Source: an uncultured Dehalococcoidia bacterium (GTDB lineage: Bacteria > Chloroflexota > Dehalococcoidia > Lucifugimonadales > Australimonadaceae). Taken from it: 64,000 nucleotides of DNA. The notes under the pieces were generated by a model. That model did not search any database and had not been told where the DNA came from. It saw nothing but the letters and a program-made list of their open reading frames with translations. A program made the position numbers and the translations under genes. The stretch covers positions 200 to 64,199 of the forward strand of contig CAYMJY010000003.1 in NCBI GenBank assembly GCA_964391355.1, written 5' to 3'. Position 1 is the first letter of the stretch. Every line of letters starts with the position of its first letter. Positions 39,564 to 49,163 of this stretch are shown in pieces.

Positions 39564-40040
39564 ATGTCGATTGTAATGAGTGGTAGTAATTTGGCAGTTG
39601 GGCTTAAAGAATTGTTCGAAGATACAATTTTAGACTTTGATGACGACTCCATACTTGTGCAACCAGAGAGCGTACGAGAAATTTGTTCTCATCTTAAAGA
39701 TTCACCTGAATATAACTGCGTATTATTGAACGCAATAACTGCCGTCGACTATGTCGAATATTTTGAACTAATTTATCAGATGACCTCTATTTTGAAGAAT
39801 ACTACCTATATTCTGAAATCTCGGGTTTATAGTCGCGAAAACCCTACAGTTCCTAGTGTTGTTTCAGTTTGGAAAGGGGCTGATCTACAGGAAAGAGAAA
39901 TTTTCGATTTAATGGGTATTTCTTTTACCGATCATCCGGACCTTCGCAGAATTTTACTTTGGGAAGGTTTCCAGGGTCATCCGTTGAGAAGAGATTATTT
40001 AGAGCCACCACTTCCTTACACTTGGCCGCACGGGGGCTAA
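39564..40040 (+). CDS. nuoC: NADH-quinone oxidoreductase subunit C
   Basis: 30-kDa subunit block LQEREIFDLMGISFTDHPDLRRILL. Confidence 0.9.
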   Translation: MSIVMSGSNLAVGLKELFEDTILDFDDDSILVQPESVREICSHLKDSPEYNCVLLNAITAVDYVEYFELIYQMTSILKNTTYILKSRVYSRENPTVPSVVSVWKGADLQEREIFDLMGISFTDHPDLRRILLWEGFQGHPLRRDYLEPPLPYTWPHGG

Positions 40041-40100
40041 GAATCATCAGCTTTGAGGTTTAAATGCCCAAGAACATAGTAGCAACAGAGGCTTAGGAGA

Positions 40101-41207
40101 ATGTCACTACATACTGAACCTGTAGTTGTAAATATCGGACCACATCATCCAAGTACGCATGGTGTCTTCCGCATGCGTGTGACCTTTGACGGAGAAAACG
40201 TTCAGGACGTAGAGCCAGTGATCGGTTACCTTCATCGCGGGACTGAGAAACTTGCAGAAGAGCGCCAGTATTCACAGGTGATTACGCTGACTGACAGACT
40301 GGACTATGTTGCATCTATGACCAACAACCAAGCGTACGTTTTATCGTGCGAAAAACTGATAGGAGTTGAGGTTCCAGACCGTGGTAAGTATTTGAGAACA
40401 ATTGCGGCTGAATTGCAGCGTATTGCAAGTCACCTAGTTGGGGTTGGATTTTTCCTGGCAGAGCTCGGTGGATTTGGCGGTACAGCTTTGATGTATTGCT
40501 TTAGAGAGCGAGAACGCATACTGGACATGTTTGAAATGTTATGCGGTGCAAGAATTACTGTCTCTTTCATGCGGATCGGTGGTGTTTTTCAAGATGCTCC
40601 TGATGAGTTTTGGCCTGCATTGAGGAAATTCCTAGATGAAATGCCAAGATACTCTGAAGAACTAAATAAACTAATCTTCGAAAGTGAAATAGTTCAGGCA
40701 AGGGCAAAAAATGTAAGTGTCATCTCAGCTGAACAGGCCATTGACGCGTCTATGACTGGTCCCGTTTTACGCGCCACAGGCGTGCCGTGGGATATACGAG
40801 AAGCTGCCCCTTATGACGCTTATGATCGAGTTCACTTCGATGTTATCACTGCTTCAGGTGGCGATAATTTCGATCGGTTTTGGGTGAGGATGCAAGAGGT
40901 TGAACAATCACTCAGGATAATTGAACAGTGTTACCGTGATATAGAGAACGGGCCGGTTAGGAGTACTACTTCTTTGCTATTTAGGCCACCACCCGGTGAG
41001 GCTTATGTTCCAGTTGAGGCTCCTAAAGGAGAATTGGGCTTTTATTTGGTAAGCGACGGTTCGATTGCGCCTTATAGATGCAAAATCCGCTCTCCATCTT
41101 TTATCAGCTTAACTTTATTTAAAGAGATGTTAGTTGGCTGGAAACTAGCGGATATTGTTGTAAGCCTGGGTAGTCTTGATTTCAATATGGGTGAGGTCGA
41201 CCGGTAG
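40101..41207 (+). CDS. nuoD: NADH-quinone oxidoreductase subunit D
   Basis: NIGPHHPSTHGVFR, GYLHRGTEK and C-terminal LGSLDFNMGEVDR. Confidence 0.94.
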   Translation: MSLHTEPVVVNIGPHHPSTHGVFRMRVTFDGENVQDVEPVIGYLHRGTEKLAEERQYSQVITLTDRLDYVASMTNNQAYVLSCEKLIGVEVPDRGKYLRTIAAELQRIASHLVGVGFFLAELGGFGGTALMYCFRERERILDMFEMLCGARITVSFMRIGGVFQDAPDEFWPALRKFLDEMPRYSEELNKLIFESEIVQARAKNVSVISAEQAIDASMTGPVLRATGVPWDIREAAPYDAYDRVHFDVITASGGDNFDRFWVRMQEVEQSLRIIEQCYRDIENGPVRSTTSLLFRPPPGEAYVPVEAPKGELGFYLVSDGSIAPYRCKIRSPSFISLTLFKEMLVGWKLADIVVSLGSLDFNMGEVDR

Positions 41208-42400
41208 TGGGTGAATCATTAGCTGAAAACGTTGTATACCGTAATGTTTATGAATTTGCTATCGGCGCATTCGGCAGTGACTTGGCATGGCTCGCCTATG
41301 CTATCGCCACATTTTCCCTAGTATTTTTGTTCGTAAACGTGCTTATGCTGCTAGCAACTTTCTATACATGGGCTGAGCGCAGGCTTCTAGGCCGCTTTAC
41401 AAATCGTTTGGGCCCCAACAGGGCAGGACCTTTTGGGTTGTTACAAGCTTTAGCAGATGCTGTCAAATTGTTGACGAAGGAAGATATTGTTCCTCGTAAT
41501 GCAGACAGGTGGGTTTTCAACATTGCGCCAATTGTTATGCTTGCCTCGGTGCTCATGGCTATGGGTGTGGTTCCATTAGGCAAGAACACGTTCCTAGCGG
41601 ACCTGAATATCGGACTTCTTTATTTAGTTGCAGTTTCAGGTTTGGGTTCAATTGCAGTCTTGATGGCTGGTTACGCGTCAGCAAATAAATTTTCGACATT
41701 TGGTGCTATGAGAGCTGCCGCAGTCCTTATTAGTTATGAAATCCCTCTGGTTATGTCTTTATTGGCTATCACAATTTTATCCGGCTCGATGTCATTGATT
41801 GATGTTGTAGAAGCGCAGAGTATACCGTTTCTGCTCGTCACTCCCATGGGGGCTTTAATTTTCCTGACTGCAATGTCTGCTGAATTGAACCGATCACCAT
41901 TTGATATTACCGAAGGTGAGTCCGAAATCGTTGCTGGGTATCTTACCGAGTATAGTGGAATGAAGTTCGGCACTTTTATGCTCGCTGAGTTTGCCGCATT
42001 AATAGTATCGGGAGCTGTTTTTGCAGTTTTGTTCTTACAGGGGTGGAAATGGGCTTTTTTACCATCTCATGTATGGATGTTACTCAAGGTCGGCTTTTTT
42101 GCTCTTCTGGCAACCTGGGTACGCTCCACACTTCCAAGGCTGAGGCCTGATCAAATTTTATCATTTGCATGGAAATTCTTATTTCCTTTGAGCCTAATAA
42201 ACGTACTTGCTTTGAGCGTTCAAAGGTTAGTTTTTGCGGATGACCATGGAAACCTTCAACAATCAGATTTGTGGATAATGGCTCTAAGTAATTGGATTTT
42301 GACCTTATTTGTAATCCCTATTCTGATTAGGCTTACAAACAGGAGTTCGAAAATCTCAACTGAAAGGACTATAGAGCTTCAGTTAGGTAAAGGGGTTTAG
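41207..42400 (+). CDS. nuoH: NADH-quinone oxidoreductase subunit H
   Basis: ND1 family with TWAERRLLGRFTNRLGPNR and PFDITEGESEIVAGY. GTG start overlapping the nuoD stop. Extra C-terminal hydrophobic segment. Confidence 0.93.
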   Translation: MGESLAENVVYRNVYEFAIGAFGSDLAWLAYAIATFSLVFLFVNVLMLLATFYTWAERRLLGRFTNRLGPNRAGPFGLLQALADAVKLLTKEDIVPRNADRWVFNIAPIVMLASVLMAMGVVPLGKNTFLADLNIGLLYLVAVSGLGSIAVLMAGYASANKFSTFGAMRAAAVLISYEIPLVMSLLAITILSGSMSLIDVVEAQSIPFLLVTPMGALIFLTAMSAELNRSPFDITEGESEIVAGYLTEYSGMKFGTFMLAEFAALIVSGAVFAVLFLQGWKWAFLPSHVWMLLKVGFFALLATWVRSTLPRLRPDQILSFAWKFLFPLSLINVLALSVQRLVFADDHGNLQQSDLWIMALSNWILTLFVIPILIRLTNRSSKISTERTIELQLGKGV

Positions 42401-42402
42401 TC

Positions 42403-43002
42403 ATGTATGGAACTGGAATGCTTAAGGCTTTTGGGGTGACCTTGCAAAATTTCTTACGTAAACCTGCGACAATTCAATATCCAGAAGAGAGACTCCCTCA
42501 GCACCCAAGATTTAGAGGTCAAGAGTTCACATGGTATGAAGAACGATGCACAGGCTGCGCTTCATGTGCAAAATATTGCCCACTAGGGATTATTAAGATA
42601 GTAACTGATCCATCGGGCGGGAACGATCAAGACGGGGGTACTTATAAAATAGAGCAGTTTGATATTGATCAAGCGCGATGTATGTACTGCGGAATTTGTG
42701 TAGAGGCTTGCCCGTACGATGCTTTGCACATGGGTACGCGCTTTGAAGCTGCAACTTTTAGAAGACAAGACCTACTGATAACCATAGATGATCTGAGAAC
42801 ACGTCCCAAGCATCCAAGTGCTTGGTTCAGGCCACAACTTGCAAGAGAAGGCTTTGATCCCTTTACTGAAATTGCTGATTGGCGAGAAGTCGGTAGGGAA
42901 ACGTATTTCTGGCATCCCAAAAGACCGGAGATGGTACCGGAAGACCTAGAACAAAAAGCTTCTTCTGACGGCGAATACAAAATTAATGAAGGCAATAATT
43001 AA
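42403..43002 (+). CDS. nuoI: NADH-quinone oxidoreductase subunit I
   Basis: Two 4Fe-4S motifs, CTGCASCAKYCP and CMYCGICVEACP. Confidence 0.93.
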   Translation: MYGTGMLKAFGVTLQNFLRKPATIQYPEERLPQHPRFRGQEFTWYEERCTGCASCAKYCPLGIIKIVTDPSGGNDQDGGTYKIEQFDIDQARCMYCGICVEACPYDALHMGTRFEAATFRRQDLLITIDDLRTRPKHPSAWFRPQLAREGFDPFTEIADWREVGRETYFWHPKRPEMVPEDLEQKASSDGEYKINEGNN

Positions 43003-43031
43003 GGGAGAGCAGAGCATTTAAGCTCGCAAGC

Positions 43032-43544
43032 ATGGATAATTTGTTCCAGGAAATAATCTTTTGGTCACTGTTCGCAGTAGTAGTTGCAGGTGCGCTATTA
43101 GTGGTTGGACAACGTGACATGTTTAGATCAGCGTTGGCATTAATCGTAACTTTTTTGGGCGTTGCAGGAATATTTGCCCAGATGAACGCTGAGTTTTTGG
43201 CGGTTGCCCAAGTGTTAATTTATGTAGGTGCAGTATCTGTTCTGGTCATATTTGCAGTAATGTTTACCAAGGATTTAGCACACGCACCCCGATCGACTAA
43301 CTTACAACCTGTAGTAATTGTTGCTGTGGGATTGTTGTTCATAGCTCTGTGTTGGGCAATTTTTCAATCCCAATGGAATGAAATGCCATCAAATGTACCG
43401 CCTTATTTAGAAAATGTTTTTGTAGATAGCACGGCACAATTAGGGTCTGCAATCATCGGAGATTACGTGATGGCTTTTGAAGCAGTGGGAGTCTTGCTGC
43501 TTGCAGCTGTAATCGGCGCTTTAGCGCTAGTTAGAGATAAATGA
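43032..43544 (+). CDS. nuoJ: NADH-quinone oxidoreductase subunit J
   Basis: 170-aa hydrophobic ND6-type protein at the expected operon position, with QVLIYVGAVSVL. Confidence 0.88.
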   Translation: MDNLFQEIIFWSLFAVVVAGALLVVGQRDMFRSALALIVTFLGVAGIFAQMNAEFLAVAQVLIYVGAVSVLVIFAVMFTKDLAHAPRSTNLQPVVIVAVGLLFIALCWAIFQSQWNEMPSNVPPYLENVFVDSTAQLGSAIIGDYVMAFEAVGVLLLAAVIGALALVRDK

Positions 43545-43589
43545 TGTGTAATTGGAAGGTTTATGTTCCTACTAAGGCAGAATTAAGCG

Positions 43590-43934
43590 ATGCTTGAAAG
43601 ATATTTGATACTTTCAGTTATTTTGTTTTGCATTGGGCTTTATGGCGCTCTTTCGCGCCGAAACATCATTGCAGTGTTGATATGTACAGAACTGATGCTA
43701 AATGGTGTAAATGTGGCCCTGGTAGCATTTTCAAGGTATACAACACCGGCGTTCATGAGGCTTACGCCCGTCGATACTTCTGATGCTGCGAAGGTGTTGG
43801 ATGGACAGGCATTTGCCGTATTTGTTGTTGTTGTAGCTGCTGCAGAAGTAGCTCTGGGACTTGCGCTGATTATTGCGTTGGTAAGATCTCGCAACACAAC
43901 AGATATCACCGAAATTAACTTGATGAGGAATTAG
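43590..43934 (+). CDS. nuoK: NADH-quinone oxidoreductase subunit K
   Basis: ND4L type, with the conserved TM2 Glu (CTELML) and TM3 Glu (AAAEVALGLA). The TM2-TM3 loop appears about 14 aa longer than in E. coli NuoK. Confidence 0.88.
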   Translation: MLERYLILSVILFCIGLYGALSRRNIIAVLICTELMLNGVNVALVAFSRYTTPAFMRLTPVDTSDAAKVLDGQAFAVFVVVVAAAEVALGLALIIALVRSRNTTDITEINLMRN

Positions 43935-43941
43935 CGATTAT

Positions 43942-44136
43942 ATGTGGGTGGATTATAAGAAAGTAACAACGCTGATTGCAGCCGAGATGTGGAGAGAAAT
44001 TCTCGAAGGAGAAGGACTTCCGGTTCGGTTGTTACCAGTTGGTGGGCTTTTGAGCTCTGCTGAGGATGCTGAATTTCGCGTTATGGTTCCGAGAGGCAGG
44101 GAGCATGTCGCTGATGAAATATTGAGGAAGCTTTAG
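43942..44136 (+). CDS. small soluble DUF2007-like protein embedded in the nuo operon
   Basis: 64 aa with no TM segment. The pattern ...AEMWREILEGEGLPV...FRVMVP...ADEIL resembles the 'putative signal transducing protein' DUF2007 fold. GAGGA SD lies within the nuoK 3' end, and the stop is 1 nt before the nuoL ATG. Confidence 0.55.
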   Translation: MWVDYKKVTTLIAAEMWREILEGEGLPVRLLPVGGLLSSAEDAEFRVMVPRGREHVADEILRKL

Positions 44137-44137
44137 C

Positions 44138-46132
44138 ATGAATGAAGCATTAGCGTGGGTGATTGTTTTTTTACCACTGGCCTCTTTTATATCTATTTCT
44201 CTGTTGATACGCCCAATATTGGGCCCTCGTTCACGGTGGTCAGGATATTTTACAACCGGAAGTATCGGGATTTCTTTTCTTCTTAGTGTATGGGCTCTTT
44301 TGGCAGTTTGGCATCAAAGTTATGACTTTCCCAGCCATACTTGGTTCATCGTAAAAGAGACAGAGAGTGTCAAAGAGTTTGTGATGACAATTGGAATCCT
44401 ACTTGACCCTCTCACAGCAGTAATGTTGGTTGTAATTACCGGTGTCAGCTTTTTGGTACAAGTCTACTCACAGGGGTATTTAAGTGGCCATGACAAAAAC
44501 CTAGACTCCTCCTACACGAGATATTTCGCTTATATGGGCCTTTTCACATTTTCTATGTTGGGTTTGGTTACTTCGCTTAACCTGATACAACTATTTGTTT
44601 TTTGGGAACTGGTTGGGCTCTCCTCCTACTTGCTAATTGGTTTTTGGCATCAACGACCCGCCGCCGCCGCCGCCGCCAAAAAAGCTTTTTTGGTCACTAG
44701 AATAGGCGACTTTGGTTTTATCATAGCTTTACTGTACCTATTTTCTAAAAGGCATTTTTTTTACGAGTTAGGTTTGAACCCATTTGAAATACCTGACATA
44801 CTATTCGTCTCCTCATCCATAGGAGCAACAGCAGCTACATGGATTTCATTGGGACTATTTGCTGGAGCAGTCGGGAAAAGCGCACAATTTCCGCTGCATA
44901 CTTGGTTACCGGATGCTATGGAGGGGCCTACCCCCGTATCTTCCTTAATCCATGCTGCTACGATGGTTGCGGCTGGTGTTTTCCTTGTTACGCGATTTTT
45001 CCCATTATTTGAGGCAAGTGGGATTGCATTAAATTGGGTCGCTTTGACAGGGGGAATAACGGTGCTGTTAGCTGCGAGCATGGGTTTAGTTGCTAATGAT
45101 ATTAAAAGAGTTTTAGCATTTTCTACTGTGAGCCAATTGGGATACATGTTCATTGCTTTAGGAGTTGGTATGCCAGTAGTTGCAATGTTTCATTTGACTA
45201 CGCATGCATTTTTTAAATGTTTATTATTCTTGGCTTCTGGCAGTGTTCATCACAGCACCAAAACGTTTGATATGCGGTTGATGGGCGGACTCCGAAAGCA
45301 ATTACCCATCACTTATTGCGTAACCTTATTGGGTGTTTTGTCTTTGTCCGGAGTGTTCCCCTTATCAGGATTTTGGTCTAAAGATGAAATTTTACTAAGT
45401 GCATGGGAAGGTAAACATGCCTACAGCTTTGGCATTTCGCAGCTTGTCTTTTGGGGGGCTCTTGTAGGTTCATGCCTTACGTCTTTTTATGCATTCAGGA
45501 TGCTATACATGACATTCCATGGCAAATTTAGGGGAGGCATAGAAGCAGTTCCTAAAAACCTGAGGCAGCCCTATGAGGCAGATGAAGAAGTACATATTTC
45601 CGAGCCTTCTTGGAAGATGATGCTTCCAATGATTTTGCTAGCTGTATTAGCTGTATGTGCTGGTTTTGTTCTTGCGTTGCCTACACAAATCTTTCAAATC
45701 CCTGCTCATTTATTTATGAACTTCTTCACTGGAGAGGACGGACATTTCCATTTCGGGATTGCTTTAGCATCTACCTTTGCTTCGCTCTCTGGTGCAACCT
45801 TGGCAACTGCTATCTACCAGTTCAAATTAGTCGAAAAATCAAACTTTTTAGATTTCTTAATCCCATTGAGGAGAATTCTAGTCCAGCGCTTTTACTTTGA
45901 TCATATTTATGAGGGCATATTAGTACGGAGATTGGCGTATAACGGGATCTTTGCATTTTCAGACTGGGTAGACAGAAATATCATTGATGGATCTGCAGAT
46001 TTGGTCAGCTGGTTTGGCAGGAATACAGGCAGAGCTTTCGCTCAATTGCAAAATGGCCAATTACAAGTTTACGGAATCGGTATTTCATTGGGCGCAGCAA
46101 CAATTGTGCTTGCTTTTATGGCGAGTAGGTGA
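44138..46132 (+). CDS. nuoL: NADH-quinone oxidoreductase subunit L
   Basis: ND5 antiporter-like protein, 664 aa, with WELVGLSSYLLIGFW, KAFLVTRIGDFG and GKSAQFPLHTWLPDAMEGPTP. Confidence 0.94.
   Translation: MNEALAWVIVFLPLASFISISLLIRPILGPRSRWSGYFTTGSIGISFLLSVWALLAVWHQSYDFPSHTWFIVKETESVKEFVMTIGILLDPLTAVMLVVITGVSFLVQVYSQGYLSGHDKNLDSSYTRYFAYMGLFTFSMLGLVTSLNLIQLFVFWELVGLSSYLLIGFWHQRPAAAAAAKKAFLVTRIGDFGFIIALLYLFSKRHFFYELGLNPFEIPDILFVSSSIGATAATWISLGLFAGAVGKSAQFPLHTWLPDAMEGPTPVSSLIHAATMVAAGVFLVTRFFPLFEASGIALNWVALTGGITVLLAASMGLVANDIKRVLAFSTVSQLGYMFIALGVGMPVVAMFHLTTHAFFKCLLFLASGSVHHSTKTFDMRLMGGLRKQLPITYCVTLLGVLSLSGVFPLSGFWSKDEILLSAWEGKHAYSFGISQLVFWGALVGSCLTSFYAFRMLYMTFHGKFRGGIEAVPKNLRQPYEADEEVHISEPSWKMMLPMILLAVLAVCAGFVLALPTQIFQIPAHLFMNFFTGEDGHFHFGIALASTFASLSGATLATAIYQFKLVEKSNFLDFLIPLRRILVQRFYFDHIYEGILVRRLAYNGIFAFSDWVDRNIIDGSADLVSWFGRNTGRAFAQLQNGQLQVYGIGISLGAATIVLAFMASR
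44660..44677 (+). repeat. (GCC)6 trinucleotide microsatellite inside nuoL (encodes Ala6)
   Basis: gccgccgccgccgccgcc read directly from the sequence, flanked by A6 and T5 runs. Confidence 0.9.
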
Positions 46133-46137
46133 TGTAG

Positions 46138-47610
46138 ATGCTCACGAGTATTATTTTCCTCCCCAGTGCCGGAGCGTTCCTATTAGTTTTAGCTGGTAAA
46201 AATCCAAAAATTTGCCGATTTATAGCGCTTTTTATAGTAATTATGGAGTTAATTTTAGCGCTGGCCTTGTTTGTATCTTTTGATAGATCTGCCACTGGGT
46301 TTTCTTTTATCGAACGTCTCACTTGGGTTGCCCCGTTTAACATCCAATACTTACTAGCTGTTGACGGATTAAGCGTCTCTTTAGTATTGCTAAACGCTAT
46401 TTTAGGTGTAACTGCTGTCCTTATTTCCTGGACTGTCGCTGAGAGAGTTCGTGAATATTTCATCCTATTGCTTTTACTTCAAACAGCCGTAATGGGTGTG
46501 TTCATTTCTATGGACTTGTTCTTGTTCTTTGTTTTTTGGGAGCTTGAGCTGATTCCAATGTATTTCCTCATAGCTCGCTGGGGTTCTGGTAGGAAAGAAT
46601 ACTCTGCGATGAAAGTATTACTTTTCACTTTGATAGGCTCTGCTTTTATGTTCGTTTCTATCATTGCATTGTACTTTTCTCAGCCCGTAGGCGATCGCAC
46701 TTTCGATATGATTGCTTTGGCTCAGAGTGACTTAGGGGGGGTAGTTTCTTCAGCTGGAATCATTTCTACAGGATTCCTAATTGCGTTTGCTGTTAAGTTG
46801 CCAATTTTCCCGTTTCATACCTGGCTCCCCGACGCGCACACAGATGCACCTACGGCTATTAGCGTAATGCTCGCAGGGGTTTTACTAAAAATGGGAGGCT
46901 ACGGGCTAATTCGAATTAATTCTGGCATATTCCCAGATCAATTAAGTGAATTCGCACCATTTTTAGCAATAGCAGCTGTAATTAACGTGATTTATGGAGC
47001 CTTTATTGTGATGCGGCAAACCGATATAAAAAGATTGATTGCCTATAGCTCGGTTAGCCATATGGGATTTGTTGTTTTGGGCCTTTCATCATTTGGCGGT
47101 GCTGTAACTAGCACGGCAGCCATAAATGGTGCTGCGCTGCAGCTCTTTTCGCACGGAATAATCACAGCGTTGTTGTTTGTATGCGCGGGTTTAATTTATG
47201 AGAGAACTCATACGAGGTATATCCCAGATATGGGAGGGCTTATCACGAAAATGCCTTTAATAGGAATCCCATTTATAATTGCGGGCTTAGCTTCATTGGG
47301 GCTTCCTTCGACTAGCGGGTTTGTAGCTGAGATCTTAATTTTCTTAGGAGCTTATGGTGCTTATCCTCTAGCTACAGCGGTCTGCGCCTTTGGGGTGGTT
47401 CTAGCAGCAGGTTATATGCTTTGGGTTATTCAAAGAACACTATTTGGGCCTTCGCTGGAACGATGGAAAGATCTTAAAGATGCTAACGCACCAGGGATCT
47501 GGGCGATGGTCGTACTTTTAATCCCCATTTTGTTGATTGGGGTTTATCCGAGAATACTCCTAGATGTTTTTGAGAATTCTATACTTAGAATTGCGATGGG
47601 ATTGACCTGA
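46138..47610 (+). CDS. nuoM: NADH-quinone oxidoreductase subunit M
   Basis: ND4 antiporter-like protein with FFVFWELELIPMYFLI and KLPIFPFHTWLPDAHTDAPT. Confidence 0.94.
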   Translation: MLTSIIFLPSAGAFLLVLAGKNPKICRFIALFIVIMELILALALFVSFDRSATGFSFIERLTWVAPFNIQYLLAVDGLSVSLVLLNAILGVTAVLISWTVAERVREYFILLLLLQTAVMGVFISMDLFLFFVFWELELIPMYFLIARWGSGRKEYSAMKVLLFTLIGSAFMFVSIIALYFSQPVGDRTFDMIALAQSDLGGVVSSAGIISTGFLIAFAVKLPIFPFHTWLPDAHTDAPTAISVMLAGVLLKMGGYGLIRINSGIFPDQLSEFAPFLAIAAVINVIYGAFIVMRQTDIKRLIAYSSVSHMGFVVLGLSSFGGAVTSTAAINGAALQLFSHGIITALLFVCAGLIYERTHTRYIPDMGGLITKMPLIGIPFIIAGLASLGLPSTSGFVAEILIFLGAYGAYPLATAVCAFGVVLAAGYMLWVIQRTLFGPSLERWKDLKDANAPGIWAMVVLLIPILLIGVYPRILLDVFENSILRIAMGLT

Positions 47611-47611
47611 T

Positions 47612-49117
47612 ATGGGTTTAAGTATCCTAGATATCTATTTACTCGCCCCAGAAATAACAATGGTGGCTTTTTCACTTTTGGTTATATTCGCTGGCCTGAA
47701 ATGGGGTAACTCGTCGATACCGATTTATTTATTCCTGCTGGCAGCGATCGTCTCTTTCAGTTTATCGGTATTTTTATGGATGCGTGTCGATGCTTACGGC
47801 CCAGAAATGTTCATGAATGAATCACTCATTTTGGATAAGTATGCAATCTTTTTTAAATGCTTAATACTTATCGCAATTGCATTAATTGTTCTGGTTTCCA
47901 AGTCTCCACTGGATGATTTCAAATATAGAGCAGAATTTGTAGGACTGGCGATGCTCTCATTAGTGGGACTTATGTTACTGCCTTCAGCTGCAGATCTGAT
48001 TACGATTTTTGTAGCTATAGAGCTTGCTTCTCTTCCTATAGTTGCATTAGCTGCATTTGCAACAGGTATTGATAAGTCTAGCGAATCTGGCCTTAAATTC
48101 CTGGTTTTATCCGCGATATCTTCAGCATTACTGTTGTACGGGTTTGCTTTTTTCTATGGCGCCGCAGGGACTTTGCAAGTGGTAGCGCTAGATGACTCGA
48201 CTCTTACCATCTCCAGTATGTTGACTTCGCTAGACGCAGGTATGCCCTTTGGTAGTGTGCCTATACTTGTAGCTACGATTTTATCAATCTCTGGTTTGGG
48301 TTTTAAATTATCTCTGGTCCCATTTCAAATGTGGACGCCGGATGTTTATGAAGGTGCTCCTACTTCGGTTGGAGCTATGCTTTCAGTAGCTAGCAAAGCT
48401 GCTGGTTTTGCATTGTTATTAAGAATTTTATACACGACTTTGAACCATGAAGTGATTTCAGGAGATTGGTCATTGCTACTAGCGTTAATTGCTGCAATCA
48501 CTATGACTGTTGGTAACCTTGTGGCGATTACCCAAAAAGATTTAAAAAGACTGCTTGCATATAGTGCTATAGCACAGGCCGGATATGTTTTAGTTGGTGT
48601 GGCTTCTTTTTCAGATTTTGGAAACGACCAACAATTGGGATCTGAAAGCGTGCTGTTCTATTTGGCAGGGTATGCCGCCATGAATGTTGCAGCTTTTGCT
48701 GTAGTCATACTTACAGTGCACAGAAAACAAACTTCTCAAATTATCAGCTTGGAAGGCCTAGGCATTTCCTCTCCATTGCTTGCAGGTACATTGGCTGTAT
48801 CACTTTTAGCGCTTACAGGAATCCCCCCCAGTGTTGGATTCATGGGCAAATTCTTCATATTCAATGCAGCTATTAGCGCGGATTTAACATGGCTGGTAAT
48901 TATTGGAGTCATAAACAGTGCTATTTCTGCCTACTATTACCTGAATATAATTAAGATTATGTATCTCAGAGAACCAACCGTCACTGAAAGCCAATGGCGA
49001 GTGGGATTGGCACCGTCATTAATCCTTCTACTAACTTCTGGAGCGACCTTATTTCTTGGTGTGTTCCCCAAACCATTATTGAATTTAGTTCGCGAAGCTG
49101 CACTAAGCATTATCTAA
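47612..49117 (+). CDS. nuoN: NADH-quinone oxidoreductase subunit N
   Basis: ND2 antiporter-like protein with KLSLVPFQMWTPDVYEGAPT and LLAYSAIAQAGY. Confidence 0.93.
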   Translation: MGLSILDIYLLAPEITMVAFSLLVIFAGLKWGNSSIPIYLFLLAAIVSFSLSVFLWMRVDAYGPEMFMNESLILDKYAIFFKCLILIAIALIVLVSKSPLDDFKYRAEFVGLAMLSLVGLMLLPSAADLITIFVAIELASLPIVALAAFATGIDKSSESGLKFLVLSAISSALLLYGFAFFYGAAGTLQVVALDDSTLTISSMLTSLDAGMPFGSVPILVATILSISGLGFKLSLVPFQMWTPDVYEGAPTSVGAMLSVASKAAGFALLLRILYTTLNHEVISGDWSLLLALIAAITMTVGNLVAITQKDLKRLLAYSAIAQAGYVLVGVASFSDFGNDQQLGSESVLFYLAGYAAMNVAAFAVVILTVHRKQTSQIISLEGLGISSPLLAGTLAVSLLALTGIPPSVGFMGKFFIFNAAISADLTWLVIIGVINSAISAYYYLNIIKIMYLREPTVTESQWRVGLAPSLILLLTSGATLFLGVFPKPLLNLVREAALSII

Positions 49118-49163
49118 CCAGCATTAACTGGCAGTAAAATCGATATACCGTCATACTTGATAT

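Noticed and set aside
40064-40096. A 10-codon mini-ORF (MPKNIVATEA) in the nuoC-nuoD spacer
   Set aside because: It is too short, has no SD, and shows no sign of conservation that I can judge. It is probably fortuitous.
49118-49163. Looked for an FMN riboswitch upstream of ribD
   Set aside because: Only 46 nt separate nuoN from ribD, which is too short for the roughly 130-nt FMN aptamer, and no conserved FMN-element blocks are seen. The rib genes may be read through from nuo or use a promoter within nuoN.
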